64,000 nt of DNA from Callorhinchus milii (GCF_018977255.1 NW_024704743.1:74960001-75024000), one strand, 5' to 3'; shown: positions 37,701 to 47,669, counted from the first letter of the stretch. Numbers and translations are program-made. The notes: a model not told the origin generated them from the letters alone.

Positions 37701-40560
37701 TAAGGTGGGTTATGTCCTTAATGCTTATGGTATGAATGCAAGTTTAAAAATGTTATATATTAAAATGTGTGTCTTTGTACATTTGCGGTTACATTACCAA
37801 GACTGTTCCTAAATTCAAACATCTCCCCAACACTCCTGACCTTCCCTGTCTCTCTTGATGGTTGTTTTCCAATTTTGGTTACTTCCTAAGAATTTTAATA
37901 CTCATTAAAATCAGCAATAACCGAGAACGTCTTACCTGGTTGCAGACAGAAAATATCATATTTCTTTTGTGATTCTTTGCCAGCCTAAAAATTCTCTTAA
38001 AAGTAAAAATGTAAAATTAAAAAGACATTTTAGAGTCTGTGAATCCAATTTTTTTTTTAAGAAAACCTTAAAATTGACTTTGGGAAGGAAGCCTGAGAGA
38101 GAAACTGTTTTAAAATCATGGTCTCAGTGTTGAGCTCTGCCATTGTTAAGCCTCCAAGACACTACCCCATGTGAAGGGCTCGGTATAAATGCTGTTGTTT
38201 TCGTGAGGCCAAGACAATGGACTCCATTAATATACAGCTTGATGCTGTAATGAGAGGTGGTATTCTGGAAGGATGAGATCAAATAGGCCGAAGGGTTTTC
38301 TTCATTTGAACCAGTCTTGTGATCTTGGGCGTTCAGTCCCAAACCTGTCATTAAGGATAATTTCCTGTCAATCAAGTACGTCTTTAGGAATGCTTCAAAT
38401 TTATCATAATGTTCGCTTGTGTTGATAGCCAATTAACCTTGAATGTAAAGATCATGTATACATGAGACACTCTAGTATTCTATATTATGGATGAGATATT
38501 GATCATTACAGGTTGTTGTATTGGGCCAAAGTTCCATTTCTCAATCTGGAGTTGATTCTGTGGATATTTCTGGTCATGATATTTCCATGTGGGAAATATC
38601 CATGTTTCTATGTGGGTCAGTTCAAGTCACCCATTTGTACGTTATTATCCTTATTATAGTCTTATCTGAGTGCAGAACAGTGATGATTTGTATACTCACC
38701 TAGGAGTTGGTTATAGTCAAGCCTCTTTGTTACATAAGACTGGAAACTACCATTGATATCCGTCCTGCTGGTCAAAGCACTTTTTTTATTTTCTGTCTTT
38801 CCCTTATATTAATTCACTTTCTTAATTTTCGATTCCAAATTCTCCCAAATGTGGTAGGATTTAGCTAGGTAAGTAATGTACATTCCCCCTCCCCACCCAC
38901 CCCCTCCAACCACTTGTTTTGCTGTGTTGTTTGAGTAAATGTTTTGCTGTGTTGTTTGAGTGAATGTTTTGCTCTCTATATTGCAGGTTTCTCCCAGCCA
39001 TTTGCCATTTGACTACAGGGGCGCAACCCACCTGTTTGCTGACTTCAGCAAATTAAAGCCGGATGACCCGCGAGTGAATGTTGCTGAGGCTGTTAAACAA
39101 AGAGTGATGTGCCTCAAGCCAGAGTACATTGCAGACTATCTCATGCAGGTTGGTTCACACAATCAGTATTATAATAGTGGGACTTTATGATAAAGGTTAT
39201 GATCTGTGCCTAGTAGAATTTACCTCAAAGTGATATAATTGATCAGAATGGCTCGGTCAATAACAATCTCACCTCTGGGTTTTAAGCCCACATTAGGTCT
39301 TTGACCGCAGTTACAGCTGCTGCTGCAGTGTAGTGCTGGAAGTACTGTCTACACTGAGATGTTAAACAGAGGCCCTATCTGCCTGGATGTTAAAATCCTG
39401 GAACACTATTTGAAAAGTCGAGTATCCTGGTCAACAATCCTCCAGATAATGTTGGATCATTCATTTCATGGCTGCTTGTGGGACTTTGCTGTGCACAAAT
39501 TGGCTACTTTGGAGTCCTGTAGTGCATTGGTTAGAGTATTTAATAATAATAATAATCCTTACATTTGATGTAGCGCTTTTCACGTCGGGAGGACGTCCCA
39601 AAGCGCTTCACAGAACACACTGTAAAGTGAATTGACTGTATATTTGTGGGCGAACGCGGCAGCCAATTGCGCACAGCAGTGTCCCACAAACAGTCGTAGA
39701 TTGAAAATGACCAATTTATTATTGCTTTTGGAGGGATTATTATTAGGCGTGTGGAGTAAGGAAACTTGCCCAAGGTTTCGCCCTCTGCCTGGAATTGAAC
39801 CCAGGTCTTTCACTTGCAAAGCGAGTGCTCTAACCACTGAGCTACAGGACTCCTATATGTCTCACGAGCGAGAGGACCTAGGTCCAATTCCCGGGCAGTG
39901 AATTATTTTCATTATAATTATAATTGAGGGGTTCAGACAGCAGGGATAATTGGCAAGGACAAGAGGTTACAATTGTTACCTGAATGTAGAGAATTCCCTG
40001 AATTATTTTACCGATCTCTTATATTTTTAAAGTGTACAATTTTACATTCTTCTTCATTATTAATTACCAGCATCCCACACATACAACTCACAGCATGCCT
40101 AGCATCAGATTGGAAAGGATGCAGTGATTTTTAAAATGATTTTAACATGGCCCTTATGGATTCTCTTTTTGATTTCCCTTCAGCGCTTCTGAATTCTTCC
40201 CACTTCTTGCTCAGTGACCACTGTGCTGTATTGTTGAGCTTTTCAGGTGTTTTGTTACGTATAGAAGTATAGAATGTTTACAGCACAGAAGGGGACCATT
40301 TGGACGATTGAGTCAGTGCTCGTGCTCGCTTCCCCAGTGGATCTATCTCTACTTTATTTCTCTTACTCATTACCTGAACCCTTCAGTGTTCTTTAACTGC
40401 TACCATATGACTACTTCTTGTTGGATTAAATGTTTCCCATTTCTTTCCCTAGGAGTCTCCTCCTTCAGTAGAAAATTACTTTCTTCCTGAAGCTGTGCAG
40501 CTTTTACAAGACCCCAGAATGGGGATATCTCGGAAACGAAAATCACTTGAAGAGTTCTGA
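10680..40560 (+). CDS. TOPBP1: DNA topoisomerase 2-binding protein 1; 27 coding exons, ~1498 aa, BRCT0-8 plus ATR-activation domain
   Basis: All exon phases join into one ORF of 4497 nt (hand count) from [13 protein letters not shown] to RKRKSLEEF*; contains hallmark motifs [68 protein letters not shown]. Confidence 0.97.
10850..10984 (+). CDS. TOPBP1: TOPBP1 coding exon 2 (BRCT0)
   Basis: tacAG/...AAG/GTattt; AVEEFQPED...FNHLKK. Confidence 0.93.
12308..12451 (+). CDS. TOPBP1: TOPBP1 coding exon 3
   Basis: tccAG/...AGG/GTaagt; [11 protein letters not shown]...[10 protein letters not shown]. Confidence 0.94.
13035..13216 (+). CDS. TOPBP1: TOPBP1 coding exon 4 (BRCT1)
   Basis: tacAG/...GG/GTaagg; [12 protein letters not shown]...[17 protein letters not shown]...[10 protein letters not shown]. 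Confidence 0.95.
13959..14261 (-). mobile_element. tRNA-derived SINE (short form), inserted in an older SINE
   Basis: Reverse of GGAGTCCTGTAGCTCAG...CTCGCAAGCGAGAGACCTGGGTTTGATTCC head; (ATT)n tail. Confidence 0.88.
15346..15643 (+). mobile_element. tRNA-derived SINE (short form)
   Basis: A-box TAGCTAAGTGG, B-box GGTTCGATTCC; tail cgctacatcaaatgcaaggattattatt. Confidence 0.9.
15924..16117 (+). CDS. TOPBP1: TOPBP1 coding exon 5 (BRCT2)
   Basis: aacAG/...AAAG/GTaaat; [14 protein letters not shown]...[10 protein letters not shown]. Confidence 0.95.
16387..16761 (-). mobile_element. tRNA-derived SINE (long form)
   Basis: Same head and tail plus an extra ~60-nt internal segment. Confidence 0.88.
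17030..17212 (+). CDS. TOPBP1: TOPBP1 coding exon 6
   Basis: ccaAG/...AATT/GTacgt; [25 protein letters not shown]. Confidence 0.93.
17272..17650 (-). mobile_element. Degenerate L2 LINE 3' fragment
   Basis: [18 protein letters not shown] motif shared with other L2 copies. Confidence 0.7.
18139..18305 (+). CDS. TOPBP1: TOPBP1 coding exon 7
   Basis: cttAG/...AAA/GTaagc; [11 protein letters not shown]...EDLLDGCK. Confidence 0.92.
18410..18790 (-). mobile_element. Older SINE with Deu-domain-like core
   Basis: Reverse of cctgtttgcctgttcaggtggacattaaagttcctatagtgctattcaaaaagagaaggg; related copies at ~28830-29110, ~39240-39510, ~45060-45450; bounds approximate. Confidence 0.6.
18924..19087 (+). 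CDS. TOPBP1: TOPBP1 coding exon 8 (BRCT3)
   Basis: tacAG/...ACAG/GTacag; [28 protein letters not shown]. Confidence 0.94.
19054..19283 (+). repeat. ~108-bp tandem duplication of the exon 8 end, donor and intron start
   Basis: tgtttaaacaaaatgtcaca..ggtacagtgag.gcacctttcatactaaaaacatgtttaacaaaac at 19065 and 19173; partial third start at 19272. Confidence 0.93.
19902..20143 (+). CDS. TOPBP1: TOPBP1 coding exon 9 (ends at a GC donor)
   Basis: attAG/G CCA CAT GTG...ATA G/GCtaga; [10 protein letters not shown]...[16 protein letters not shown]. Confidence 0.88.
20426..20805 (+). mobile_element. L2 LINE 3' fragment
   Basis: [27 protein letters not shown]...[10 protein letters not shown]; tail gaaaggcgctctataaatgtaat(tgt)n. 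Confidence 0.85.
21007..21807 (-). mobile_element. Long-form tRNA SINE split by a CR1 insertion
   Basis: SINE 3' half 21007-21140 and 5' half 21653-21807 rejoin to match intact copies at 16387 and 58082. Confidence 0.8.
21144..21652 (+). mobile_element. CR1 LINE 3' fragment
   Basis: [42 protein letters not shown] and TRGHSLKI...[16 protein letters not shown]1-type 3'UTR gggctgaatggc...tatgttcct. Confidence 0.9.
22007..22326 (+). CDS. TOPBP1: TOPBP1 coding exon 10 (BRCT4)
   Basis: tatAG/...CTG/GTgagc; ...[11 protein letters not shown]...EVVTNTWL. Confidence 0.92.
23200..23372 (+). CDS. TOPBP1: TOPBP1 coding exon 11
   Basis: tgcAG/...CAAG/GTaaat; ...[21 protein letters not shown]. Confidence 0.94.
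23991..24199 (+). CDS. TOPBP1: TOPBP1 coding exon 12 (BRCT5)
   Basis: tcaAG/...GATG/GTaaat; [10 protein letters not shown]...[16 protein letters not shown]. Confidence 0.95.
24688..24971 (+). CDS. TOPBP1: TOPBP1 coding exon 13 (NAGNAG acceptor; alternative start 24685)
   Basis: gAAGTAG/...CAG/GTactg; [14 protein letters not shown]...[20 protein letters not shown]. Confidence 0.9.
25301..25564 (-). mobile_element. tRNA-derived SINE with internal deletion
   Basis: Head ends ...gagctacaggactcc; tail (aat)n ccttgaatttgatatagcgct. Confidence 0.85.
26910..27086 (+). CDS. TOPBP1: TOPBP1 coding exon 14
   Basis: cacAG/...AAG/GTaaaa; [10 protein letters not shown]...[19 protein letters not shown]. 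Confidence 0.92.
27770..27873 (+). CDS. TOPBP1: TOPBP1 coding exon 15 (BRCT6)
   Basis: gatAG/...ACAG/GTattt; [27 protein letters not shown]. Confidence 0.93.
28261..28384 (+). CDS. TOPBP1: TOPBP1 coding exon 16
   Basis: tatAG/...GCG/GTaagc; [15 protein letters not shown]...VSEHWL. Confidence 0.94.
29507..29650 (+). CDS. TOPBP1: TOPBP1 coding exon 17
   Basis: tgcAG/...CAG/GTatgg; [21 protein letters not shown]. Confidence 0.94.
29887..29989 (+). CDS. TOPBP1: TOPBP1 coding exon 18 (acidic linker)
   Basis: tacAG/...GGAG/GTatca; phase 0-1 exactly bridges its neighbours; [19 protein letters not shown]. Confidence 0.85.
30653..30839 (+). CDS. TOPBP1: TOPBP1 coding exon 19
   Basis: tgcAG/...TGAG/GTgagg; [17 protein letters not shown]...RSRALESLR. 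Confidence 0.93.
31295..31524 (+). CDS. TOPBP1: TOPBP1 coding exon 20 (ATR-activation domain core)
   Basis: ttcAG/...GTAG/GTgagt; [22 protein letters not shown]. Confidence 0.95.
31665..32023 (+). mobile_element. L2 LINE 3' fragment
   Basis: [31 protein letters not shown]; (tgt)n tail. Confidence 0.85.
32537..32703 (+). CDS. TOPBP1: TOPBP1 coding exon 21
   Basis: cacAG/...CAG/GTcaga; [20 protein letters not shown]. Confidence 0.93.
33615..33726 (+). CDS. TOPBP1: TOPBP1 coding exon 22 (BRCT7 start)
   Basis: caaAG/...CTAG/GTgtgt; [21 protein letters not shown]. Confidence 0.93.
35094..35257 (+). CDS. TOPBP1: TOPBP1 coding exon 23 (BRCT7)
   Basis: ttcAG/...CAG/GTtgtg; [23 protein letters not shown]. 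Confidence 0.95.
36125..36265 (+). CDS. TOPBP1: TOPBP1 coding exon 24
   Basis: accAG/...GAG/GTattc; EETYEWGSS...[11 protein letters not shown]. Confidence 0.93.
37612..37704 (+). CDS. TOPBP1: TOPBP1 coding exon 25 (BRCT8)
   Basis: tgcAG/...AAG/GTgggt; [30 protein letters not shown]. Confidence 0.94.
38987..39148 (+). CDS. TOPBP1: TOPBP1 coding exon 26
   Basis: tgcAG/...CAG/GTtggt; ATHLFADF...[13 protein letters not shown]. Confidence 0.94.
39541..39853 (-). mobile_element. tRNA-derived SINE (short form, well preserved)
   Basis: Complete head and L2-like tail. Confidence 0.9.
40453..40560 (+). CDS. TOPBP1: TOPBP1 last coding exon
   Basis: cctAG/GAG TCT CCT CCT...; [38 protein letters not shown] 40558-40560. 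Confidence 0.9.
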   Translation, partial: ESPPSVENYFLPEAVQLLQDPRMGISRKRKSLEEF

Positions 40561-40865
40561 TGCTAAAAACGTATCTTTTTTTCCAATTATTTATATTTCT
40601 CCTTTGAACCTACTCTCAGTATCCAGCCACCCTCAGCTCAGCACAAGAAATTACATTCTGATAACTCAACACATTTTTTCTCAGTTCACATTGTTCACAT
40701 TTGTGAAGAAATGTGATTCATAAAACCAGCAAGTGCAATGAACAATTTTATCCTGACACATTAGAAGATGCAACTCGGCAATATTAAAAATATCCAGTTG
40801 AAATGAATTTATCAGGACTCTTATGTTTATTCTGTCTACAAACTAGATATTTGATTGTATACTTA

Positions 40866-40871
40866 AATAAA
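40866..40871 (+). terminator. Candidate TOPBP1 polyadenylation signal
   Basis: AATAAA ~300 nt after the stop, followed by a GT-rich tract (gctgtttgtgcg...ttgtgt). Confidence 0.6.
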
Positions 40872-41459
40872 TTTCTTTACCTCATAGCTGTTTGTGCGAC
40901 CTTGTGTAAATGTACAAATGAATATGTGTTCACCTATAAAAATTGTCATGTCACTTAATGGTAATTGATGTGATAAGCATTTGCTTAAATACAAGTTCTT
41001 TATTACCAACAGGAATGGTAGGGAGGAGAGTTGAAGGCTGCTTTGGTGAACTTGAGGGGTAGCTACTAATAGCAATATATAACATGGTGGATGAACAAAC
41101 AAGACCACATTTTAGCAAACATTTATGCTTAGAGTTAGAGCGTTACAACTCCTTTAAGGACTAGGAATGTGAAGTGCCTACCCAATAAATCAACGTCTGT
41201 CTGGTTGTATGTGGATCAGGTATGGGCTGTTTGATCAAAAGCTTGTACATCCATAATGATTCCAGGGGAGTCCCAATTGTGTCATGGATAGCGTTGCAGT
41301 TTACAGACCAGGTCTGAATCCTGGTCCATGCTGTTTGCTGTTTTGCTGCAGGTACATGTAAAGGCTGGACTGCCTGAGCCTGCAGGGTGAGAATGGGAAA
41401 CCAGCCAGGATTCCTGCTCTTGTCCTCTGGTTGTATATGCATTTCTTCATTTCAGGTCA

Positions 41460-42395
41460 CAATTTGTATAGCACCTTTCACTTTGGGAGGACGTCCCAAG
41501 GCGCTGGACAGTCAGTGTTTTGGAAGCACGGTCGAAGAGGAGGATCTTGAGATGGGTCTCAAAGGGAGCGAGGCAGAGGGACTACAGGATGGAGGTTGGC
41601 AGGGGCTTAGGAGGTCGCAGAGGTAGGGGGGAGCAAGACCATGGAGGGCTTTGAAGGTGAGGACAGGATTTTGAACTGTATCCTCTGTGTGATGGGAAGC
41701 CAGTGGAGTTGGGCGAGGATGGGGGTGATAGGGTCACGGAGCCTGGTGCAGGAGAGGACACGGGCTGCAGAGTTCTGGATGATCTGCAGCCTATGGAGGG
41801 AGGAGTTGGGGAGGCCAACAAGCAGTGAGTTTGCATAGTCGAGCCTCGATGTAATGAAGGCATGTATGAGGGTTTTGGCGGCCTGTGGTGTGAGACACTA
41901 ATAGAGCGGGGCGATGTTGCAGAGGTGGGGAAGGCAGAGCGGGTCATGGTGCAGATGTTGGGTAGAAAGGATAGTTGATGTTCAAACAAGACCCCAAGGT
42001 TCTGGACCGGCTTAGCAAGGTGGAGTGTGCATCCATGGATGGTGATGCTGTCAGCGCCTGAGGTGAGGAGGCGCTGACGGGATCCAATCAGAAGAGCCTC
42101 GGTCTTGTTGACGTTCAACTGAAGAAAGTTAGCTCTCATCCAGGACTTGGTGTCTGACAGACATTCTGTCAGCACAGCAGTGGTCCTGGAGTCAATGGTA
42201 AAGGCAGAGATAGAGTTGGATGTCATCCACATACATGTGGAAGTTGACCCCATGTCTGCAGATGACGTCACCAAGAGGGAGCATATATTAAAGAGGAGGG
42301 GAGCAAGGACAGAGCCCTGAGGAATGCCACACGAGATGGTGTGGTGGCTAGAGGAGAAACCGATTGTGGAGATTAAGTGGACTTGTTTGACAGCC
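41460..42395 (-). mobile_element. L2 LINE fragment including degenerate reverse-transcriptase domain
   Basis: [15 protein letters not shown], frameshifted [25 protein letters not shown]2 tail near 41460-41515. Confidence 0.9.
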
Positions 42396-43646
42396 AAGTG
42401 GGGAGAGTTTAAACTTGGTTATAACGCCCTCTGCAGTCGAGTGGCCAGATACTTGGGTTGTGCTGGCAAGGCTGTGACAGGCCTCCAATGCTGCTGGTCC
42501 CTAGCCCCTCCCTTACTTCATGGGTCAGTTATATATTATATCTACTATAGATATCATGGCACATAAAACATGAAAAAAATACAAATTAGATTAATTTTCC
42601 TAGTAAGTGAAAGCATGTTTATGGTGAAGCAATCACTACAACAATGTCGTCTCAATGGATAATATGTGATAATTGTCAATAGTGAAGAGTACAGAATGCA
42701 ATTTTGACCCGTTCTTCGCAGTAAGTTTGGGATTTAAGAATCCCTTTTTGTGCTGGCAAAATGTGCAGTATTCCTGGGTGGGAGTGAGTTACCTGCAGTT
42801 TCCAGCACAGATTTCACTTCCCAAGTTGGTAAAATACATTTTGAGTTTCACTTTTTTTAAAATGAATAATTTTCAATTTCCTGAAGAATTGAGAACAATG
42901 TCCAGCTTCCAGGGGATAGATGGTCATTTCAAATTAGACCTGTGGTCCAGACAGTATGTCCCTCTGCAGTCTCCCATTCCTATCTGCAAATGTGTCCCTG
43001 AGACCATTTGTAGAGTTCAGACTTCCATGATTGCTTTTAGCCATTCTTCTTGCGATTTTCTTGCCCATTACACAACTCTGGTTTTGAAAGCTTTGGAGAG
43101 CCATTTGCCTTTACACCAGACAGCTCCACTCATTATTGAACCTTTCTGATTACACACCTTCCACACATGCCTTCATTTAGGTCAATGCACTCAGTAACCT
43201 TTTTTTCTTATCCATGTTGTGCTATATAGCAGATTATATTAGGAATTAGACAATAACGCAACTGTCAATAATGACAATTATTTTTTTCCCACAGAACCAG
43301 AAATTCCACATCTTAAGCTTTACTTAGGCAATGTTTAACTTTTTAAATTTAAATGTTTTTATTCACTCCCCTCCTACCTCAAGGACCTACATTGGATTAT
43401 TGACCCATCGATCGACACTAGTTGCATGCAACACTAGAGAGCTTCAAAAAATCACAGACAACTTTACTGGAGAAGTGTAATGCTAGAACTTTATTAATGA
43501 TTTACTTTGTATGTGGAATAGTTACAAATCCAAGACATGAATACATTCATATGCTCTCACTACACTTCTTCGTAGAGTTGCGGAATCTTTCTATCTGGTC
43601 TCCAGCACTGAGGACTGATGAATGGAGAGCGAACCCTCAATATTAG

Positions 43647-43656
43647 TTAACAGTAC
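43647..43656 (-). CDS. CDV3: Candidate distal alternative last exon of CDV3 (coding part ...K-Y-C*)
   Basis: Strong acceptor cattttctttgcAG/GTACTGTTAA; with the phase-2 donor gives HVETRKYC*; AATAAA on minus strand at 43490-43495 and 43358-43363. Confidence 0.5.
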
Positions 43657-45059
43657 CTGCAAAGAAAATGAGAACAAAGTGATAGATGTGTAACCACTCA
43701 CTTCATCGGTTATTATAAAAGCAATTCAACCGAAGGTAAGTCAAATATTTATGAGCATTAAGTATCAGACACAAAAATATTTAGTCTACTAAGGCTGTTA
43801 GGTCTCATTCCCTCAGGCAGCTCTGAGAGCACAAATGCATTCTGTTAGTTAGAAAGAGAGCAGCGAAAGATAAATGTGAGCTATAACATTATAAATAAAA
43901 AAAACCTCTGGAATTAGATAAAGCAAAGTACGTCTCAAGGGAGAATGCGTATTCCATTCCAGACAAAGGGAAATTTCCATGCGTAGGTGACACAGAAGTG
44001 GAACTCTCAAGTCGGGTTTGGATACTGGTGTTGGTGATGGGTTTCCATATGTGTCAGGCACTCCGCTGACAAAAAAAGTAAATTTAAGAAATAGGCATTT
44101 GAAATGTTAATATAAATGTTCAAATAGCTGTTGAAATCCATATAATCCATATAACTTAATAACAGAATTTCAAAGGGAATGAGATAAATACTTAAGAAGA
44201 TTAAACAATACATTACAGGGGAATGGGATTAAAGGTAGTGCAGAGGTTAGTAGGGAAACCAGTACCAGCACAGGTAGATAGACTCAACAGCTTCTGTCAT
44301 ATAAACATTTGATGAATGTATGGTATACCAAAAATGAATAAAGAAAATATTTTTTTCTATTCAGCACTTGATTTAGGATTAGGATTGCACATAGTAATTC
44401 CAGTGTTACAGGCTGGAATTACATTAAAAAGTTACTGACTTTAAAATGACATTTAGATTTTTGTTTCAAAAGAACTTGCAGAGAAACCTCCCCAGAGCAG
44501 TAGTAAAATTCACAATGTAATCCCCATAATAGTCACTCGCTCTGTTGCTCCAATACATCAAAGCTTTGAGAAACCAGGTGCTCTTTCATCTAAGATGTCT
44601 CAAGAAAAAGTAGAGCTCGATAACCACAGAACTACCAGCCGTATAAAACTCCCACAAAGTCAGTGAATGAGATTCCATATAACAAATGGCAAATTCCCAA
44701 AATTGGAGTCAATGTGACATTTTGGAACTTTAACCTTTTGGTCCTCGCATAATGCCTGACCAGTGTTGTGACTCCGGCATGGCCAGTGGGTGGATTGCCC
44801 AGCAGTGAGGACCACAGCGGTGTGTCAAGCTCCCAAAGCTGATCAATACAGAAAAGGGGCCGGTGCTGGTGCTATAGACTGGCCACAAGGTGCACTTTTA
44901 CAAGTTCTCCGGTGAAAATAGTATTCTCAAACAAAAATCACAAATCAATTTTATATTATAACAAACTGGTCACTATACTTTACAGTAATTCATATGAAGC
45001 CCTTTGAGATGTCCTCCTAACGTTGAATATTCTATATCAAATGCAAGGATTTATATTTT

Positions 45060-45450
45060 TAATTTAATAATCCTTACATTTAGTAGTTCTCATATCAGGA
45101 GGACATTTCAAGTGCAGTGACTGTATTTTGTAGGCAAACACAGCAGTTGATTTGCATTCAGCAATGTCCCACAAACAGTCATGAAGTGAATAAGATTTTA
45201 TGCGAGGGATTGTTGCTCCAGGACACCAGAGAAAACATCCCTTCTCTTTTCAAATAGTTCAATGGGATCTTAACATCCATTTGATCAGGCAGACAGGACC
45301 TCTCAACCAAAGGATGGCACCTTCGTCCAATGCAGCACTCCTCCAGAACTGCACTGAAGTGACAGTCTACTCCAGACTATGCAAGTTCAAAGTCCTGTAG
45401 TGGGGCTTGAACCCTAAATGTTCTGACTCAATGGTGACTGCTGCCAACTG
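45060..45450 (-). mobile_element. Older Deu-type SINE
   Basis: Similar along its length to 18410-18790; bounds approximate. Confidence 0.6.
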
Positions 45451-46599
45451 ATTTCACACCTACTATCATTTTACTGGCTTGCAAATTTGATTTGTTTTTC
45501 AAAGTGAATTACAAGGTTAACTGTTTTATATTTAAGCAGCACACATTTAAAATAGAAGTTAAAGCATAGAAAAGTTTGACAAAACAAAGTGTCCTTAATC
45601 TGAAATGCCCATCTCACCCAAAAAATATTTTTTAATGTTATAATTAGTATCTTATTCATGAGTTTTTTTTACATTGTTGTTTTCCTGTGGGGTTTCCAAC
45701 AAAAATTGCTAAAAGCTCTGTCACATTGATATCAAAGTAAAATTGCACAGCTGGCCTCTAGTATTAGTTATAAGCTATTAAGTGTGTTGTTGCTTCTGAC
45801 AATAGATGATAAAACCAGAAAACCAATGTCAGTGATGAGATGTTATCATTAATTGGTCAGTCAGGTGTCTTCACACATGTGGACAGACAACCATCCCCAT
45901 ATTTAAGAGTAACCGACCCAGACTGAGAATCTTTCCTTTTTGCCTTTCACCCTGCTGTTTATCGTTCAGATGTTACCATTAGATGTGTGCCTTGATATCC
46001 TCCCTGTAATTGGTCATCTGAGTATTTGATTCAAATTGAGCCTTACCTTTCAGCTTGAGCCATCCATCTATCCTATCCCTGTGTTTATATGCATCACTGC
46101 TGCTTCCACTCTGTACCTGGTTATATAATAGGCAGTTCACCACCTTCCAGCACAAAAAATAACATCTTTATACTCCAAATTTGGATCTAAGCAATCTAAG
46201 TATTCAACAGTCCAACGGGGCATGCACTTTCATAATTACATCCATTCTTGAAGGAAAATATTCTTTTAAATTGCTGATTTGAAATATACAGAATTAAAAG
46301 AAAAATGGGTCATATCTGTTTGCAACTATTGTAGGTAATCTCAGAGTAACTGTTCCTTTCCTGTACTGTACGTTCCCCAGTGACATCAGCTCCCGGCAAT
46401 TACCAACGTCCTATGGCACAGAAAGAGCAAGGCCACACAACAGGACAGGAACGGAAAGTCCACATTTGCTACCCGGGGAAAATACTTCAAATTCTTTACT
46501 GGATCAAAGAAAGGAGCATTGGATTTCACTGTAGAGGCACTGATTTATGAATTTAGGTTCAGACTAATTAGACTGGGGCACAGAAAGGAAATGTAGCAT

Positions 46600-47070
46600 G
46601 TAAGGACTTTGAACTTTATACTCTGAGGGACAGGGAGCCAGTGGAGCTGGATGAGGGTGGGGGGCATAGGGAGCTTGGGGAGTGAGAGGACACGCTGGGC
46701 AATGTTGCGGAGGTGGGGAAGGCAGAGCAGGTCATGGCACGGATCATAGAGCACAGAAGGAGGCCATTTGGTCCATCGTGTCTGTGCTGGCTCTTTTAAA
46801 AGAGCTATCCAAATCAATCCCACCCCCCCTGCTCTCTCCCCATAGCCCTGCAAATTTGATGTGGGGTATAAAGGATAGTTGAGGGTCAGACACCAAGGTT
46901 CCCTACCGGCTGAGTGAGGTGTGGAGTGTGCACCTCCCGCTTGGCTCCCATCAGCGCTTCCACACCTCGGATGCTGACCCACACACACCCGAGGTGTGGA
47001 GGCACTGATGGGAGTCGAGCACGTGGGCCTCAGTCTTGTTGACATCCAGCTGAAGCTCTCATCCAGGACT
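46600..47070 (-). mobile_element. L2 fragment containing a ~110-bp CR1-type 3' end insert (46746-46857)
   Basis: LHWLPVPQSIKFKVL; insert catagagcacagaaggaggccatttggtccatcgtgtctgtgctggctc resembles copies at ~3560, ~36290, ~40270. Confidence 0.7.
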
Positions 47071-47669
47071 TGTTTTATTACAAGATAAATGTACAGAATG
47101 AGACCAAATTAAGCCTGTTCTTTTCAGACTGTACAAAACCTACCCTATTGGACTCCACCACCACCTTCCTAGAGCAAGTTCTGCCTAGCTATTTCGCTAA
47201 ACACTTAATTAATTGGCAGAAGGTTCATCCATTCTCATCATTCAAACCAAACATCCTTACCTCAATTGAATACTCACTCCCTCATCTGGTCATCCTTTGC
47301 CCCCCACCCTCTCCCCGAGTGCTGTAGAAATTATTGTAATCTATGGGACACATTCAGCTTGGTCTGTTATTGCTCAGATATGATTTCATACACTTAACTA
47401 AGGCATTAGTCTTCAGCACTCACTGTTTTTGTTGAAAATCTGTTCCACATAATCATGGTGTGGAGAGGAAACAAATCCTATCGTGAGGCTTTTCTATTGA
47501 AAATCTATGCCTTTGGTTGTGTGAATGTTTTGCATCAGTGAGGACTATTAATGTTTACAGTACATTTACTATCACTCAATTTTCCCAGACTTCAATAAAG
47601 TAGCACAAATACTGTAATGTAGTTAAAATAATTTGAAAAAGAAGCAATCATGTGATGCAGATTTACAGA

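Noticed and set aside
41582..42397. 271-aa reverse-transcriptase-like ORF as a functional gene
   Set aside because: 5'-truncated L2 with frameshifts (the YxDD motif is out of frame) and an internal deletion near the tail.
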